DNA from: Paraspadella gotoi
Taxonomy: Eukaryota > Animalia > Chaetognatha
Assembly: GCA_051294375.1 (NCBI GenBank)
Contig: CM119266.1
Coordinates: forward strand, 9,742,538 to 9,806,537
DNA: 64,000 nucleotides
Reading direction: 5' to 3'
Made by a program: the position numbers and the translations under genes
The notes under the pieces: model-generated
What the model was told of the DNA's origin: nothing
The model's database searches: none
Seen by the model: only the letters and a program-made list of their open reading frames with translations
Shown here: positions 1-11,760 of the stretch, piece by piece
Layout of the letters: every line of letters starts with the position of its first letter
Numbering within the stretch: the stretch's first letter is position 1

Positions 1-3000
1 GTTATTTCTCCTAAAAAGGAGGGGTCTGTTTTTCAACTACCCGATCTTAATTTACCAGATATTGGGGAAACTGGCCTGTCTGTTCAGAAAGAAAGTTCTA
101 ATAGTTTAGAAGGCACAGAACCTGCAGTAGAAAAGCCACAAATAAATGAGAGTGAAGATGAAATTAAAGAAAATGAAAAGGAAAACAAGAATATGAATGG
201 AATTCATATAACATTACCTGATTGGCATTTGCCTAGGCAGGTATTAAAAGATAATTTGGATAATAATATTTCAGAACCTTCCAATGAAATAGACAGTACC
301 AATGAAAAGATGAAATTTCCTGACTGGAAGTTTCCGAGCCTTAACTTACCAAGCCTTAATTTTGGAAAAGAAAAAGAAAATCTTGAGGAAGAAACGGAAC
401 AAATTTTAGAGGAACCAAATTTAGAGGGTGAAAGTGAGCAAATAAATTTTGAAGACCATGAAATTAAAGGATTGCATTTTAATTTACCTGAGTGGGAAGT
501 ACCAGATCTTGCAGTTGAAGATTTAAAAGAAAACCGTGTTGATACCGATAATGATACTTCCAGACTCAACTTCAAAATGCCCGATTTCAGTTTACCACGA
601 ATTAATAAATCTTCAGAAATTAATGATAGTACTACCCATGAGCAAGATAGTGCTTCAGATTTAAATGTTGATCAAGATCTTGAAGTAATCATTGAAGAAG
701 CGGAAGAAAATCCAGATGAATCAAAGAAGAATGGGTTTCAGTTCAATTTACCAGACTGGCATCTTCCAAGAAACATAGATACTGCACGAACAGAACCAAC
801 TGATAAAAATGTAAATTTCAAGTTGCCTGATTGGTCATTACCTAATATTAGTTTAAAAAAATCAAATGACAAATTGAATGACAAAAATACAGAAGTAGTA
901 GCCTCTGAGGATAGTAATTTAAAATCTGAAGAATCTGGATTTAATTTCAGTTTACCTAAATTTAAATTACCTAATCTTAGTCTTGATAGAAAGGGGGAGG
1001 AAACAGAGAGAGCTACTGATGATGCAAACATAAATCAGGACCTGGAGGTCACTATTGAAGAGTCAGAAGCTGGCACTAATATTGATGAAAAGGTAAAAGG
1101 GCCACAGTTTAATCTACCGGATTTTTCTCTCCCAAAACTAAACAAACCAGAAACGGATATTGCCATTTCAGGACAAGCTCCAAGTTTCAAATTACCTGAT
1201 TGGCAATTACCAAGTCTAGGTATTAAAAAAGATAAAGGAGTCGAACCTGTACTGGAAAAAGAAAATGATGTTAATGTGAAAAATGATGGTCGTGGATTAA
1301 ATTTCAAGTTACCAAATTGGAAACTACCTTCTCTCAATACAGAAAAGCAAAACAAAGTGAAAGATGCGAAAAGTTCTGCTTTTGAAATGGAAGAAGAAGA
1401 TGAAAATTATGGATACAATGTCATGTTGCAATATCAAGTTATTGTAGAAGAAGTTGAAAGCAGTCTTGATGAAAACCAATATGCATCCGTTGATGCTGAT
1501 ATAAGCCAAATTAATGAAGAAAAAAAAGAATTACAATTAGAATTACCTGATTGGCATTTGCCAAAAATGCAGTCAAAACTAAATGAACCAGAAGGAAATG
1601 AAGATTCTGATGAAGCAAATTCTGGAATTGACTTTAAGTTACCAGATTTGAAATTCCCATCATTAAATCTGAAAGGTTCAGAAGAAAATGGAAGTTTACC
1701 AGAAAAAACTCAAAATTTAGATTTTAATAAGTCAAATTTCAAATTGCCTAACTGGAAATTACCTAATGTCAATTTTGATCCAAATTTACCTGATTGGAAA
1801 CTACCCTCTATGAATCTTAAAACACCAAAATTGAAAGATAAAGTTGATTCAGAAACAGAATTTATCGAAGAGGAACAAGATCTAGAAGCAACAATTGAAG
1901 AAATAGGTTTTGAAAAAAATCAAGCTCAAGATGAGAGCATCAATATAGAGAGCAAGGGATTACAGTTTAACCTTCCTGAATTTAAGGTCCCAAGTATAAA
2001 ATCAGATTCTGATGAAGAGGATTTTGAAATAAAAGAAGACCTTGAAAAAGATAGTAAAGGGTTTAAATTTAGTTTACCAGATTTCAACCTCCCTAAGGTA
2101 AACGGGCCTAATATAAAATTTCCTGATTGGCATTTGCCAAGCTTAAAGACGGAAAATGAGCCTAGCATAAAGTCTGAAAATGTAGAGGTAGAAAAAGCTG
2201 CTAACAATTTCTCTTCAGAGCCAACTGAGAGTAAAAAGATGAGTTTTAAGTTTCCCGATTTCCAATTACCTGAAGTAAGTGGACCTAATTTAAAATTACC
2301 CGACTGGCATTTGCCAAAGCCTAGCATGAAGTCAGAATCAGAGCAGCCAGAAAACGCTGATATAGATTTAACTTCAAAACAGACAGAGAGTAAAAAAATG
2401 AGCTTTAAGTTTCCTGATTTTCAATTACCAGAGGTAAGTGGACCAAATTTTAAATTGCCTGACTGGCATGTACCAAATATAAAATCAGAAAATGAACCAG
2501 GTATCAAATCTGAAATTGAACAGCCAGAAAAAGTTGCTCTAGATTTGACTTCAACTCCAAATGAGAGCAAGAAAACAAGCTACTCGCTGCCTGATTGGAA
2601 AGTACCGTCTCTTAATTTAAATTACGGGAAATCTGACGAAAAATTTGATTTAGAGAAACCCGATATTCATCCTTCATCTTCAGGATTTAACTTCCAATTG
2701 CCAGATTGGCAAATGACTAAATTAAAAAGATCAAGCAATGATGATGATATTAATCTAAAAAAGGAAGAAAAAGATAAAAGTTTTGATTTCACATTACCGA
2801 GTTGGAAAATGCCATCTATGACTTTAAACAAACCAAACTTTAACTTTGAGAGACAGAAAAAAGCTCTTGATTTAGAAACAGAGGTAATTGAAGAAGAGCA
2901 AGATTTGGAGGTATCAATAGAAGAAACAGATTTTAAAACAAGTGTTGAAGAACATCGGGCGTTACAAGTAAAGCTACCAGAATGGGAAGTACCGAGCATC

Positions 3001-5313
3001 CAATCAGATTCTGATGATGAATTAAGATATGAAGAATTTGAAAATGGCAGTAAGCGTTTTAAATTTTCTCTTCCCGAGATTAGTAGGCCAAATTTTAAAC
3101 TCAATAGAACAGTAGCTCAAGATGAACAAATCAAACCATCTGAGAGTAATAGCATTAATTTCAAATTACCTAATTGGCAGCTACCGAAGTTACAAATGAA
3201 AGAATCAGTAAAACCAGATCAGGATGTTGAAGTAGAAGAGGAGCAGTTTCATTTACCTGAATGGCAAATATTTAAAATAGAAACTGATGAGCTTTCAGAT
3301 GATCATAAGATAAAAATTGAAAAGGAAGATTCTGACTTTAAATTTCCAAACTGGCAATTGCCTTCATTTAAGATTAATGAAGCTAATAAAAAAGAAAAAC
3401 TTGATGAAACAGAGATTAGAAAACCAGAGAGCACCGGAATAAATTTTAAATTACCTGATTGGAATTTGCCAAACTTGAGTTTAAAAAAATCTGAGAGTGA
3501 GCCATTGGCAAAAGCTGATGTTGATACAGATTCTATACCAAAGGAAAAAAGTGATTTTAACTTCAAATTGCCTAATTGGGGTCTCAATTTTGGTAGTACT
3601 GGTGAAGTTGATAAAACTGAAACTGAAATTTCAGAGAAGAGTGGAACTAATTTTAAATTACCCGATTTCAAATTGCCAAGCATAAATCTTCAAAAAAGTA
3701 CTAACGACAAGGACATTAAAGAAACCGACACATCAGATTGGCAATTTCCCAAGCTCAAATCATCTGAAAAAATGGAATCTGATCTTGAGATTCCACATTC
3801 GGACAGTAAATTTAAATTTCCAGATTGGAAATTTCCAAACATCAATATGACTAAAACTGGTAGTGATGATGTAAAATCTGAAAAAAGTATTGTTGCACCC
3901 TCAGAACCAGACAAGAATGGAATCGATTTTAAATTTCCAGATTGGAAATTTCCAAACATCAATATGACTAAAACTGGTAGTGATGATGTAAAATCTGAAC
4001 AAAGTATTGTTGCACCCTCAGAACCAGACAAGAATGGAATCGATTTTAAATTACCTGATTTTAAATTTCCAAACATCAATTTGAATAAGAGCAATAATGA
4101 AGAACAAATTAAAGAATCTGATAATACCGGTCTTAATTTTAAATTTCCTAATTGGCAATTACCAAGTTTCAAAACATCTGATAGTATTAAGGCTAATGAA
4201 AATCTTGTTGTGGAATCTGAACATTTAGAAACCATTCCTGAACTAGAATCAACACTGCCAGAGGAAAATCCTGTATTACATTTTGATTTACCTGAATGGG
4301 AGGTGCCAAATCATGAAAGTAAATTAATTTCTGATGATGACGATGATGGTTACCTTGATGAAAAAGAAGGATTTGGATTCAAATTGCCTGATTGGAAATT
4401 GCCAGAATTTAATAAAAACAGCACAACAGTTGAAAAAGAAGATTCTGAATTGAAAAAAACAGATGTATCGGAAAGTGATAAATATAAACTTAACTTTAAA
4501 CGCCCTCAGTTGCCAGATTTAAGTTTGCCTGAATGGAAGTTACCTAAATTAAAAGTAGATACAAAAGAGAATAAACCGAGTATAAATTTGTTTGAGGATC
4601 ATAATCACGAGTATTGTTATGGGCTCTGTACGCATGCTGCATATGAAATTTATCAACAAAGAGAAACTACAAGGAACAAAGGATTAAATTTTAAGTTACC
4701 TGACTTTAAATGGTCTACAAAACAAAATGCCAAATCTGAGAAAGTTGAAATATTAGAATCAAAATATGATGCAAAAAAGGAAATTGAAGTCTCAGTTAAT
4801 AATGAAAATCAAAATGTTAAAAGCAACTCTCTGAAATTTGACTTTGAAGAAGTTTCATGTACTAATGAAAATAAAGAGAAAAAGAAATATTCTCATCTAA
4901 AAAATAAAACAGTCATTGGAAAAACTGAAGGGGCAGAAAATGGTTCCTCAGAAATAGAAGTAGTTCAAGAAAACATGATGGATGATATAGCAGTTGACCT
5001 TCATAGCGAACCTAATTTTACAGAAAACATAACCATAACAAATCATGTAAAAGCTGAGCAAGAAGATGAAATGGAACCCGATGTAGAATCTCCTAATATA
5101 AACTTGGGAAATGTTACTGTTCAGTCAGTTGTATCTCCTGAAGAAAAAAATCAATTTGGAGAGAAAATGAAAAAAAATGCTGCAGACACGGATGATTCTT
5201 CATCTCTCAAAGAAGCCTTTGGAAGAGCTTTCGCCTCACTTTCTCGAGGCGGAAATGGACATAAAATGAAGCCTCCTCTAGAAGATGCAGAGGAGGATAT
5301 TAAAGGACTTTGA
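1..5313 (+). CDS. 3' part of a giant exon encoding an acidic, disordered FxLPDWxLP-repeat protein (AHNAK/periaxin-like repeats), gene A; 5'-truncated by the window edge
   Basis: Frame 1 is open from base 1 (VISPKKEGSVFQLPDLNLP...) through the listed Met at 193 to TGA ending at 5313. Dozens of F(K/N)(L/F)P(D/N/E)(W/F)xLP motifs are separated by E/D/K/S-rich spacers. PDWHLP recalls the AHNAK repeat PDWHLK (recalled from memory). Confidence 0.88.
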   Translation, partial: VISPKKEGSVFQLPDLNLPDIGETGLSVQKESSNSLEGTEPAVEKPQINESEDEIKENEKENKNMNGIHITLPDWHLPRQVLKDNLDNNISEPSNEIDSTNEKMKFPDWKFPSLNLPSLNFGKEKENLEEETEQILEEPNLEGESEQINFEDHEIKGLHFNLPEWEVPDLAVEDLKENRVDTDNDTSRLNFKMPDFSLPRINKSSEINDSTTHEQDSASDLNVDQDLEVIIEEAEENPDESKKNGFQFNLPDWHLPRNIDTARTEPTDKNVNFKLPDWSLPNISLKKSNDKLNDKNTEVVASEDSNLKSEESGFNFSLPKFKLPNLSLDRKGEETERATDDANINQDLEVTIEESEAGTNIDEKVKGPQFNLPDFSLPKLNKPETDIAISGQAPSFKLPDWQLPSLGIKKDKGVEPVLEKENDVNVKNDGRGLNFKLPNWKLPSLNTEKQNKVKDAKSSAFEMEEEDENYGYNVMLQYQVIVEEVESSLDENQYASVDADISQINEEKKELQLELPDWHLPKMQSKLNEPEGNEDSDEANSGIDFKLPDLKFPSLNLKGSEENGSLPEKTQNLDFNKSNFKLPNWKLPNVNFDPNLPDWKLPSMNLKTPKLKDKVDSETEFIEEEQDLEATIEEIGFEKNQAQDESINIESKGLQFNLPEFKVPSIKSDSDEEDFEIKEDLEKDSKGFKFSLPDFNLPKVNGPNIKFPDWHLPSLKTENEPSIKSENVEVEKAANNFSSEPTESKKMSFKFPDFQLPEVSGPNLKLPDWHLPKPSMKSESEQPENADIDLTSKQTESKKMSFKFPDFQLPEVSGPNFKLPDWHVPNIKSENEPGIKSEIEQPEKVALDLTSTPNESKKTSYSLPDWKVPSLNLNYGKSDEKFDLEKPDIHPSSSGFNFQLPDWQMTKLKRSSNDDDINLKKEEKDKSFDFTLPSWKMPSMTLNKPNFNFERQKKALDLETEVIEEEQDLEVSIEETDFKTSVEEHRALQVKLPEWEVPSIQSDSDDELRYEEFENGSKRFKFSLPEISRPNFKLNRTVAQDEQIKPSESNSINFKLPNWQLPKLQMKESVKPDQDVEVEEEQFHLPEWQIFKIETDELSDDHKIKIEKEDSDFKFPNWQLPSFKINEANKKEKLDETEIRKPESTGINFKLPDWNLPNLSLKKSESEPLAKADVDTDSIPKEKSDFNFKLPNWGLNFGSTGEVDKTETEISEKSGTNFKLPDFKLPSINLQKSTNDKDIKETDTSDWQFPKLKSSEKMESDLEIPHSDSKFKFPDWKFPNINMTKTGSDDVKSEKSIVAPSEPDKNGIDFKFPDWKFPNINMTKTGSDDVKSEQSIVAPSEPDKNGIDFKLPDFKFPNINLNKSNNEEQIKESDNTGLNFKFPNWQLPSFKTSDSIKANENLVVESEHLETIPELESTLPEENPVLHFDLPEWEVPNHESKLISDDDDDGYLDEKEGFGFKLPDWKLPEFNKNSTTVEKEDSELKKTDVSESDKYKLNFKRPQLPDLSLPEWKLPKLKVDTKENKPSINLFEDHNHEYCYGLCTHAAYEIYQQRETTRNKGLNFKLPDFKWSTKQNAKSEKVEILESKYDAKKEIEVSVNNENQNVKSNSLKFDFEEVSCTNENKEKKKYSHLKNKTVIGKTEGAENGSSEIEVVQENMMDDIAVDLHSEPNFTENITITNHVKAEQEDEMEPDVESPNINLGNVTVQSVVSPEEKNQFGEKMKKNAADTDDSSSLKEAFGRAFASLSRGGNGHKMKPPLEDAEEDIKGL
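3811..4080 (+). repeat. Near-perfect 117-nt (39-aa) in-frame tandem repeat, about 2.3 copies, in gene A
   Basis: FKFPDWKFPNINMTKTGSDDVKSE(K/Q)SIVAPSEPDKNGID starts at 3811 and 3928; a partial third copy starts at 4045. Confidence 0.9.
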
Positions 5314-6656
5314 TGAGTAAGAAGAATAGTAGATTTAACGCTGGTGAATGGCATTGTAAATTGCGGGAATGGATTATAAAGGGTTACTTTATTTAGACAT
5401 TATTTGATCTGAATATTTTGTTTTACACAATCAAAATATTATAAATTTTTCTATGGTCATTATATTGTTCATGACATTTTTAATTGCATTTTCCATTAAT
5501 GGTTTTTTGCGACATGGATTTAGAAATATTAACTAAATTCAAAATTTTTTTTTGTTGTCTTGAAAGTTAATAGTTACATAAGTAGCTAGCGTTGATAAAG
5601 TAATATGTATCACCATGGGGATTTTATTATTTAAATCAAAAAGAAAGGGTAGATGTTGCCCTTGCTCTAACCCGTCAAAGGCTGTTAAGAAAACCCGTCC
5701 CTAGTACAGCTCGAGGAAAGCTATATACCGAATATATTACCTATGGTAGAGGTCATGACGTCTGTGAAGCGAGTTTTTTATAAATTTGTTAGATATTCAT
5801 CCCACGTAGCACCTCATCTATACATACACGCCGTGTATTACACGGGGGACAATGCTTATATCTCAGCTTAACATGTTCTCTTTGTATTCACCTTGTTTTT
5901 ACATCAGACCTCGTCTTGCTTGCTCTTATTGTTTGTACTGAATCAACGAATGTTGAATTCCAAATAAAACGCATATATATAATGCAGGAACTTTCCGAGA
6001 AAAACCCTAAAATAAGTAGGCAGAGCAAAAGCATTGAGTGGCATGCCAAGAAAAGCCACTCAGCTTCATAATGCCACAAACTAGAAACAATTTTCCCGAG
6101 TAAGAAGCCACGTCCTTGCTAATATTTTTAAGAAATTCAATGAGATTTGGAAGAAAAAAAAATTATATCTCATTTTTACAAAATATGTAGCGTTTCACTA
6201 AATCAACTTTTAAGTAAACTAACGGCCCAACGCATTAATAATAACTTCAAGGGCCTTCCCTATACTGGTTTGTCGACGAGATTGTAAAACGGCGTTCAAA
6301 ACTTCCGAGAGGCGTCGCTCTCTGACAATAATTTTGTATTTGCAAACAATAGTCACGGAGTTCGAACATAAGAGGATAGAATTAGAAGATAGTTTTGTTT
6401 TTATTTTTTAAACTCCCTCCATTCTCTTTTTGCTTTTCACTCCTAAAAAATCTTTTTCCTCTCTATGTTCGATTTATCCCTTTTATTCGTTAATCACGAT
6501 GGCCTTAATATTTTATTTCTTTCTTTATTTCTTTCTCTCTTTCTTTCAATCTCTCTCTCTTTCTTTCTATCTTTCTTTCTTTTTCTTTCATCCTTTTTGA
6601 TTTTTTTTCTCTGTCTCCTTTTTCCTTTTCTTTTAGATTTGCTCTCTCTCTCTCTC

Positions 6657-6710
<54 letters not shown>

Positions 6711-6925
6711 TATAACAATTGGTTATTTTTTTAAAGACAAGTAATCAACCATAAGACACTTGTTTCGTTATTGTGACGTAAACACTTGGAAATGAAAGCA
6801 CATAATAAAGAGTCAATGCGGCTGAACAAATAAAATTTTATTTCTCAGCCTATAACAGTGTTCTATACCACAATTTATACTAAATCACACCCCTTTTGTA
6901 AATATAATGAACAGTTTATTTAAAA

Positions 6926-8064
6926 AACAAGTTTGAGCAAACAATGTCGGATCTGCCCACGATCATTAGCGGTAATTAATTAATTAATTTGATCAGAAAT
7001 GTTTGTTTTTGGGTCTTTCGTCGCTGACCACGACAAAAGCAACGACGACGATGATGGCGACGACGACGACAATATTGCCAATAACGATTGACTTACTTGA
7101 TTGATTGATTGATTAAATAATTAATTAATTAATAAATAAATTGATTGATTAAATAATTAATTAATAGATAAATAAATCGATTGATTGAATAATTATATAA
7201 TAGATAATTAAAATGATTGATTGAATAATTGATTTATTGATTAATTGACCGATTAATTATTTATTGATTAATTAATTGACTAATTGATTAATTAACTATA
7301 TTTAACTATATTTACATTTAATATTATGTTTAATCTCTCTTTTTATTACGAAAATGATTTAAGGAAAGGTTTTTATTTTTTGCCAATAACAACGATTTTA
7401 TTATTAAGTAGAAGAGTACATTTAATATAAAAAGAAAAATAATCATAATCAATTAGTGAAACAGGTTTTTGTTTTTTCCATTTAAACTAATTTACACTGA
7501 GACGATTCCGTCGAAACTTGATTTTCAGATTAATCACACATTTTCCTACCCCATTTAAAATTTCAAGTCAATCGCCTCATCCACTCGTGAGTTATCTAGT
7601 GGTTTATCTTGTTCTTTTGTCTTATTATATAAATAGGCAGTAAATGGAATATCAATACACTATAAGTCGCTGTGGCGACTTTGGTTAAGGCTTAGAACGT
7701 TGCTATAAAGTCACGGGATTAAATCTCGTTGGTGACCCTCTTGGTTCGTTCCTACAGTTCAAATAGAAAAATATATTTTAAATTTTTTTCATTTAAACTC
7801 ATTTCCACTCGCACGATTCCATCGAAACTTAATATCCAGGTCAATTACACACTTCCCTACCCACACACAAGATTTCATTACAATCCATCCATCCAATCAC
7901 GAATAATTGGAGTTTTTTGCTAAGGTGGGACGAACGGACGGACATCATTCTTTTGCTTAATTTATCATAATTCGATGTTCTGACAAGATTGAGGGGGCGG
8001 ACCGACGGACCGACAAAGTAAATTATAGAGTCGAGATCTGCTCATAAGCACATCCGACTAAAAA
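6926..8064 (-). mobile_element. Non-autonomous interspersed repeat, Helentron/HINE (DINE-1)-like, inverted relative to the copy at 9987-10437
   Basis: The minus strand begins tttttagtcgg, contains gtccgtccg microsatellite-like sequence and ends gtttgctcaaacttgtt. Several blocks match 9987-10437 as reverse complement, and one internal block is duplicated (about 7480-7595 and 7790-7910). Confidence 0.55.
7666..7736 (+). pseudogene. Degenerate tRNA-like sequence (tRNA pseudogene or tRNA-derived SINE head)
   Basis: 71 nt with acceptor-like ends gtcgctg/tggtgac, an A-box-like tggcgactttgg and a T-arm acggg-attaaat-ctcgt with a mutated B-box. The anticodon arm is not convincing. Confidence 0.35.
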
Positions 8065-9044
8065 TTGACATTCTTTTTGGTAATTTGTTTTTTGTTCGGA
8101 GGGTTCCTGCACCATGTGGCTTCAAAGTTGGAGGCGTAGATTATGTAAAATTTAAAACTTAAAAATAGATAATATAGCCTAATGTTAATGTTTGTTTGTA
8201 TGCATCTGTATCATAATTTGATATGAATAAAAAGATATAACTGACCCTACGTAAACAAAATCATCGCCATTTGTTTGTTTAACTCGATCGAACCTAAACG
8301 AGAGCAGCGGGCGACGACCGAATCCGAACGCCCAAACCGGTCTCCTCTGCTGAAACTCTTTCAACGTTAACTTATCAATTCTTTTCCGCGGAAATGTTAA
8401 AAGTTTTGGATTTTGCGCTGCGAAATACAAGTTCTTGAAATGAGAATCAAAACTCGTTTAACGATTTTCGCCCCTGACGGAAAAAATTAAGCAAAAGGGA
8501 CCATTGTTAAAAAAACCGAAAAAAAACATTTGCTTTTTCATTGAATTGGATATTATAATAAAATTTTTAAAAAAGTGCCAACTTTTAAATATTTTCAACG
8601 GTTTAAAAAAAAAGATTCTTCGGCTAAGTGACCCATACTTACAAGTTACAACAATAGCTATTTGATATGAGTCCAGCGAAACTGTCTCTCTTATTCCTGT
8701 TTTCAAAACAACCGGTTCGCCTTTTCTCCTTAATACCGTCGACTTTTTTTGTGACATAATTAAAACCTTTTTTCCTTTCAAAATTCGAAGAAATACTTTT
8801 TTAATTTTTTTTTTTCGTCTTATTAAATGTAGTGACTAAAAACGTTGCGCTCGGACATTGGCGATCAAGAAAACGAAGAGCCTTTAAAAGTATTGATCAA
8901 TAAATCTTTCAGCGTCGACTCTCCTTACGATAAAATATTGGCCTAAGACTAAGGTAAGAAAGATGAACTTATCATAATTACGAGCGTGAATATATTTGAC
9001 AGCTTTCGGTTGCTCAAAATCAACATTTTTTACTCAAAATGATG

Positions 9045-9083
<39 letters not shown>

Positions 9084-9255
9084 TTAACACGTTCTGTTGA
9101 AATGTGATTCTAATACTGCAACTACGTGATTTCTCGAAGATTATTGTTTTTATTTCAATTTTTTTTTTTGGGTGGGGGGGAAATTTGAAAACTAAATAGG
9201 CTGGCAAATTAATAGACTATTAAGACACGATATTTAGGCGTCAATACAATCACAG

Positions 9256-9418
9256 GTATTTTGCGGCCACCAGGCGGCCACTCCGACTCCGACGGGCCAA
9301 AATTCCTCCGACGCCAAGATGGAAGACGAAGCCCGCGACGACCTCATCCGGGACCACCTCCTACCGTCCAGCGTGGGAACTCTCCTCTCCACCAGCAATT
9401 CCTTGTCATCTGACGAAG
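9256..9418 (+). CDS. Small upstream exon of gene B; probable start ATG at 9319 (MEDEARDDLIRDHLLPSSVGTLLSTSNSLSSDE-G)
   Basis: GC-rich block bounded by cacag| and |gtgat. The ATG has good context (gccaagATGg). The phase-1 donor matches the phase-1 acceptor at 11761. A further donor (aag|gtaag at 8953) may end a 5' exon. Confidence 0.7.
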
Positions 9419-9986
9419 GTGATTACTGTCGAGGTGTGCCCAGCTGCCTTTTGTTTTTTTGAACAAGGATTTAAAAATATGTACATATTATATTATATAT
9501 GAAATTGGTACAACCAATATAAAAATTATCCATTCATTTAATATATATTATACAATATACATATTATACATATATATTATATATACATATTATGTCATAA
9601 CCATTAATCATAAAATATTAAAAGGAAGAAAAACGAAATTAAGTTTCTTCTTTTTTTTTTTTAATTACTGGTTTTCTGTCAAGAAGTTTAATGAAATAAA
9701 AACTGAAATATTTCAATACCTGGAAAAAAAAATTCTAGTGTTTTCTTTAATCATTATCAATCGTCAGACATTCCTTATTGTCATATTGATTCTTTAAAAA
9801 TTCTGATAAAGAATTCAAGTCGAATGAAACACAGAAAGAACCTGCTTGCCTGGTTTGAGACATAGTGGGTTTTTTTGTGTTCATGCTGTCAATGACCGGT
9901 AGTCTACTGAACTCTGAGTCGGTTTAGAAATTTAATTTATCTTGAAAAAAGTTTGAAAACTTAATCATTATTTCATAACAAAGTAG

Positions 9987-10437
9987 TTTTTAGTCGGTCT
10001 GTCGGTCCGCCCCCAAATTTTGTCGGTAAGTCATTTAAATCATGTCAGAACATCAAATTATGATAAATTATGGGTCTGTCTGTCTGTCTGTCCGTCCGAC
10101 CATCCGTCTGTCCCCTTTAGCTTTGAACGCCAATTACTCTTGATTGTATGGGGCGATTGACTTGAAATTTTTTATGTGGGTAGGAAAGTGTGTGATTAAG
10201 CTGGAAATCAAGTTTCCTTGGAATCTTCCGAGTGGAAATGGGTTTAAATGGAAAAAAACATAATTCACTATTTGAAAAAATATATTTCACTATTTGAACG
10301 CCAATTACTCATGATTGTATGGGGCGATTGACTTGAAACTCTGTATATGGGTAGGATAGTGTGTGATTAAGTTATTTAATGAATTAGTAAATTAATTAAT
10401 CAAAAATCAGATCCGGTATTGTTTGCTCAAACTTGTT
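9987..10437 (+). mobile_element. Non-autonomous Helentron/HINE-like repeat in an intron of gene B
   Basis: Starts tttttagtcgg, contains (ctgt)n/(ccgt)n microsatellite and ends cttgtt. Homologous to 6926-8064 in opposite orientation. Confidence 0.55.
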
Positions 10438-10711
10438 GAGCAATAACTCAATAAATAAAGTCTAAAAAGTGCGAGTTCAAATCCATTTTAATCTCTTTTT
10501 TATATAATATTACCAATATACAAATCTTATGTCTATATAGTTATTTTTTAAAATTTTGTTTATTTTGTTTTTCCCTTTTTTATTTTAATTTATTTACTCG
10601 GTTGCTTACAACAAAAGACATAAAAGCGATTCAAAGCCATCGAATTCATTCAGATCAGGAAAAATTAAATCCTTGGAGGAGGAGGAGGAGGAGGAGGAGG
10701 NNNNNNNNNNN

Positions 10712-10748
<37 letters not shown>

Positions 10749-11760
10749 GAACAAAACGATATACTCTTTTTTTACTTTAAAAAAAGGTGTCGGAGATCCG
10801 TCTTGAAAGAAACATTCAATTCCTTTATAGTTTCTATTTCAACTTTAAGAATAATTGGTTGTTGTAACTCTGATACGTGTACATACGCGCAAATATCAAA
10901 GCTCGAGAGAAATACATTACATCACGCATAAAACGGGGTATATTTTTTCGCAATCGAGTAAACAAAAAGATTTCGGAATCTTCTTTACCGTTTTTTTAAA
11001 TTTCAGATTTTTTTTTAAATTTCTTTTTCCTTAATTTTTTTTCTAACTTCTTTCTCAATTTTTTTTTCCAACAATTAATTCCTAATTACTATTGCATAAA
11101 AAGATTTTTATTACAAAATATCGAGATTGGTTCATTTTATTAGACATTGCATTCTAAATTCAAATCATTTCTATGGTAAGAAAGAGTTAGTAAGAATGAG
11201 GAGGATGAGGAGGATGAAGCAGATGAGTAGGATGAAAATCAGAGAGAGAGAGTGAGAGAGAGACAGTGAGAGAGAGAAAAGAAGAGAGACTCTCAAAAAT
11301 TTCTTCAAAGCAAATGTCTTGATAAGGTATAGTTGCCGCTGTAAAACCATTGTCAGCAGAATATTGGAGTCCGGTATCAATAGAATCTAAAATTTATGAT
11401 AAAAAGGCAGATTTTATCGAAAAGGAAAGTAAAAACAACTAAATATGTTCTCAAAGATTTTCAAGAAGACTGTTCTCATTTCGTGCGGGCCATACCGTGA
11501 GACATATCCATAAATTTCAGTAACCAGTTGAAAGGTCTTTTTATCCTCTTGAATTCTCCGTATGCGAACAAAAAAAAATTTTAGGGAAAATTAATAAAAC
11601 GAAGAAAAGATGACTGAAATCTCGAATTCCAACGCGGTAAACGTTAAAACTATTCCTTTTCGGTTTTACCCCGTTTTATGCGTGATGCAGAGAAAGAGTA
11701 AAAGAGAATAATTATTATTTAAACAAGTTTTTTTTTTTAATCATTTTTTTCCCCCGACAG

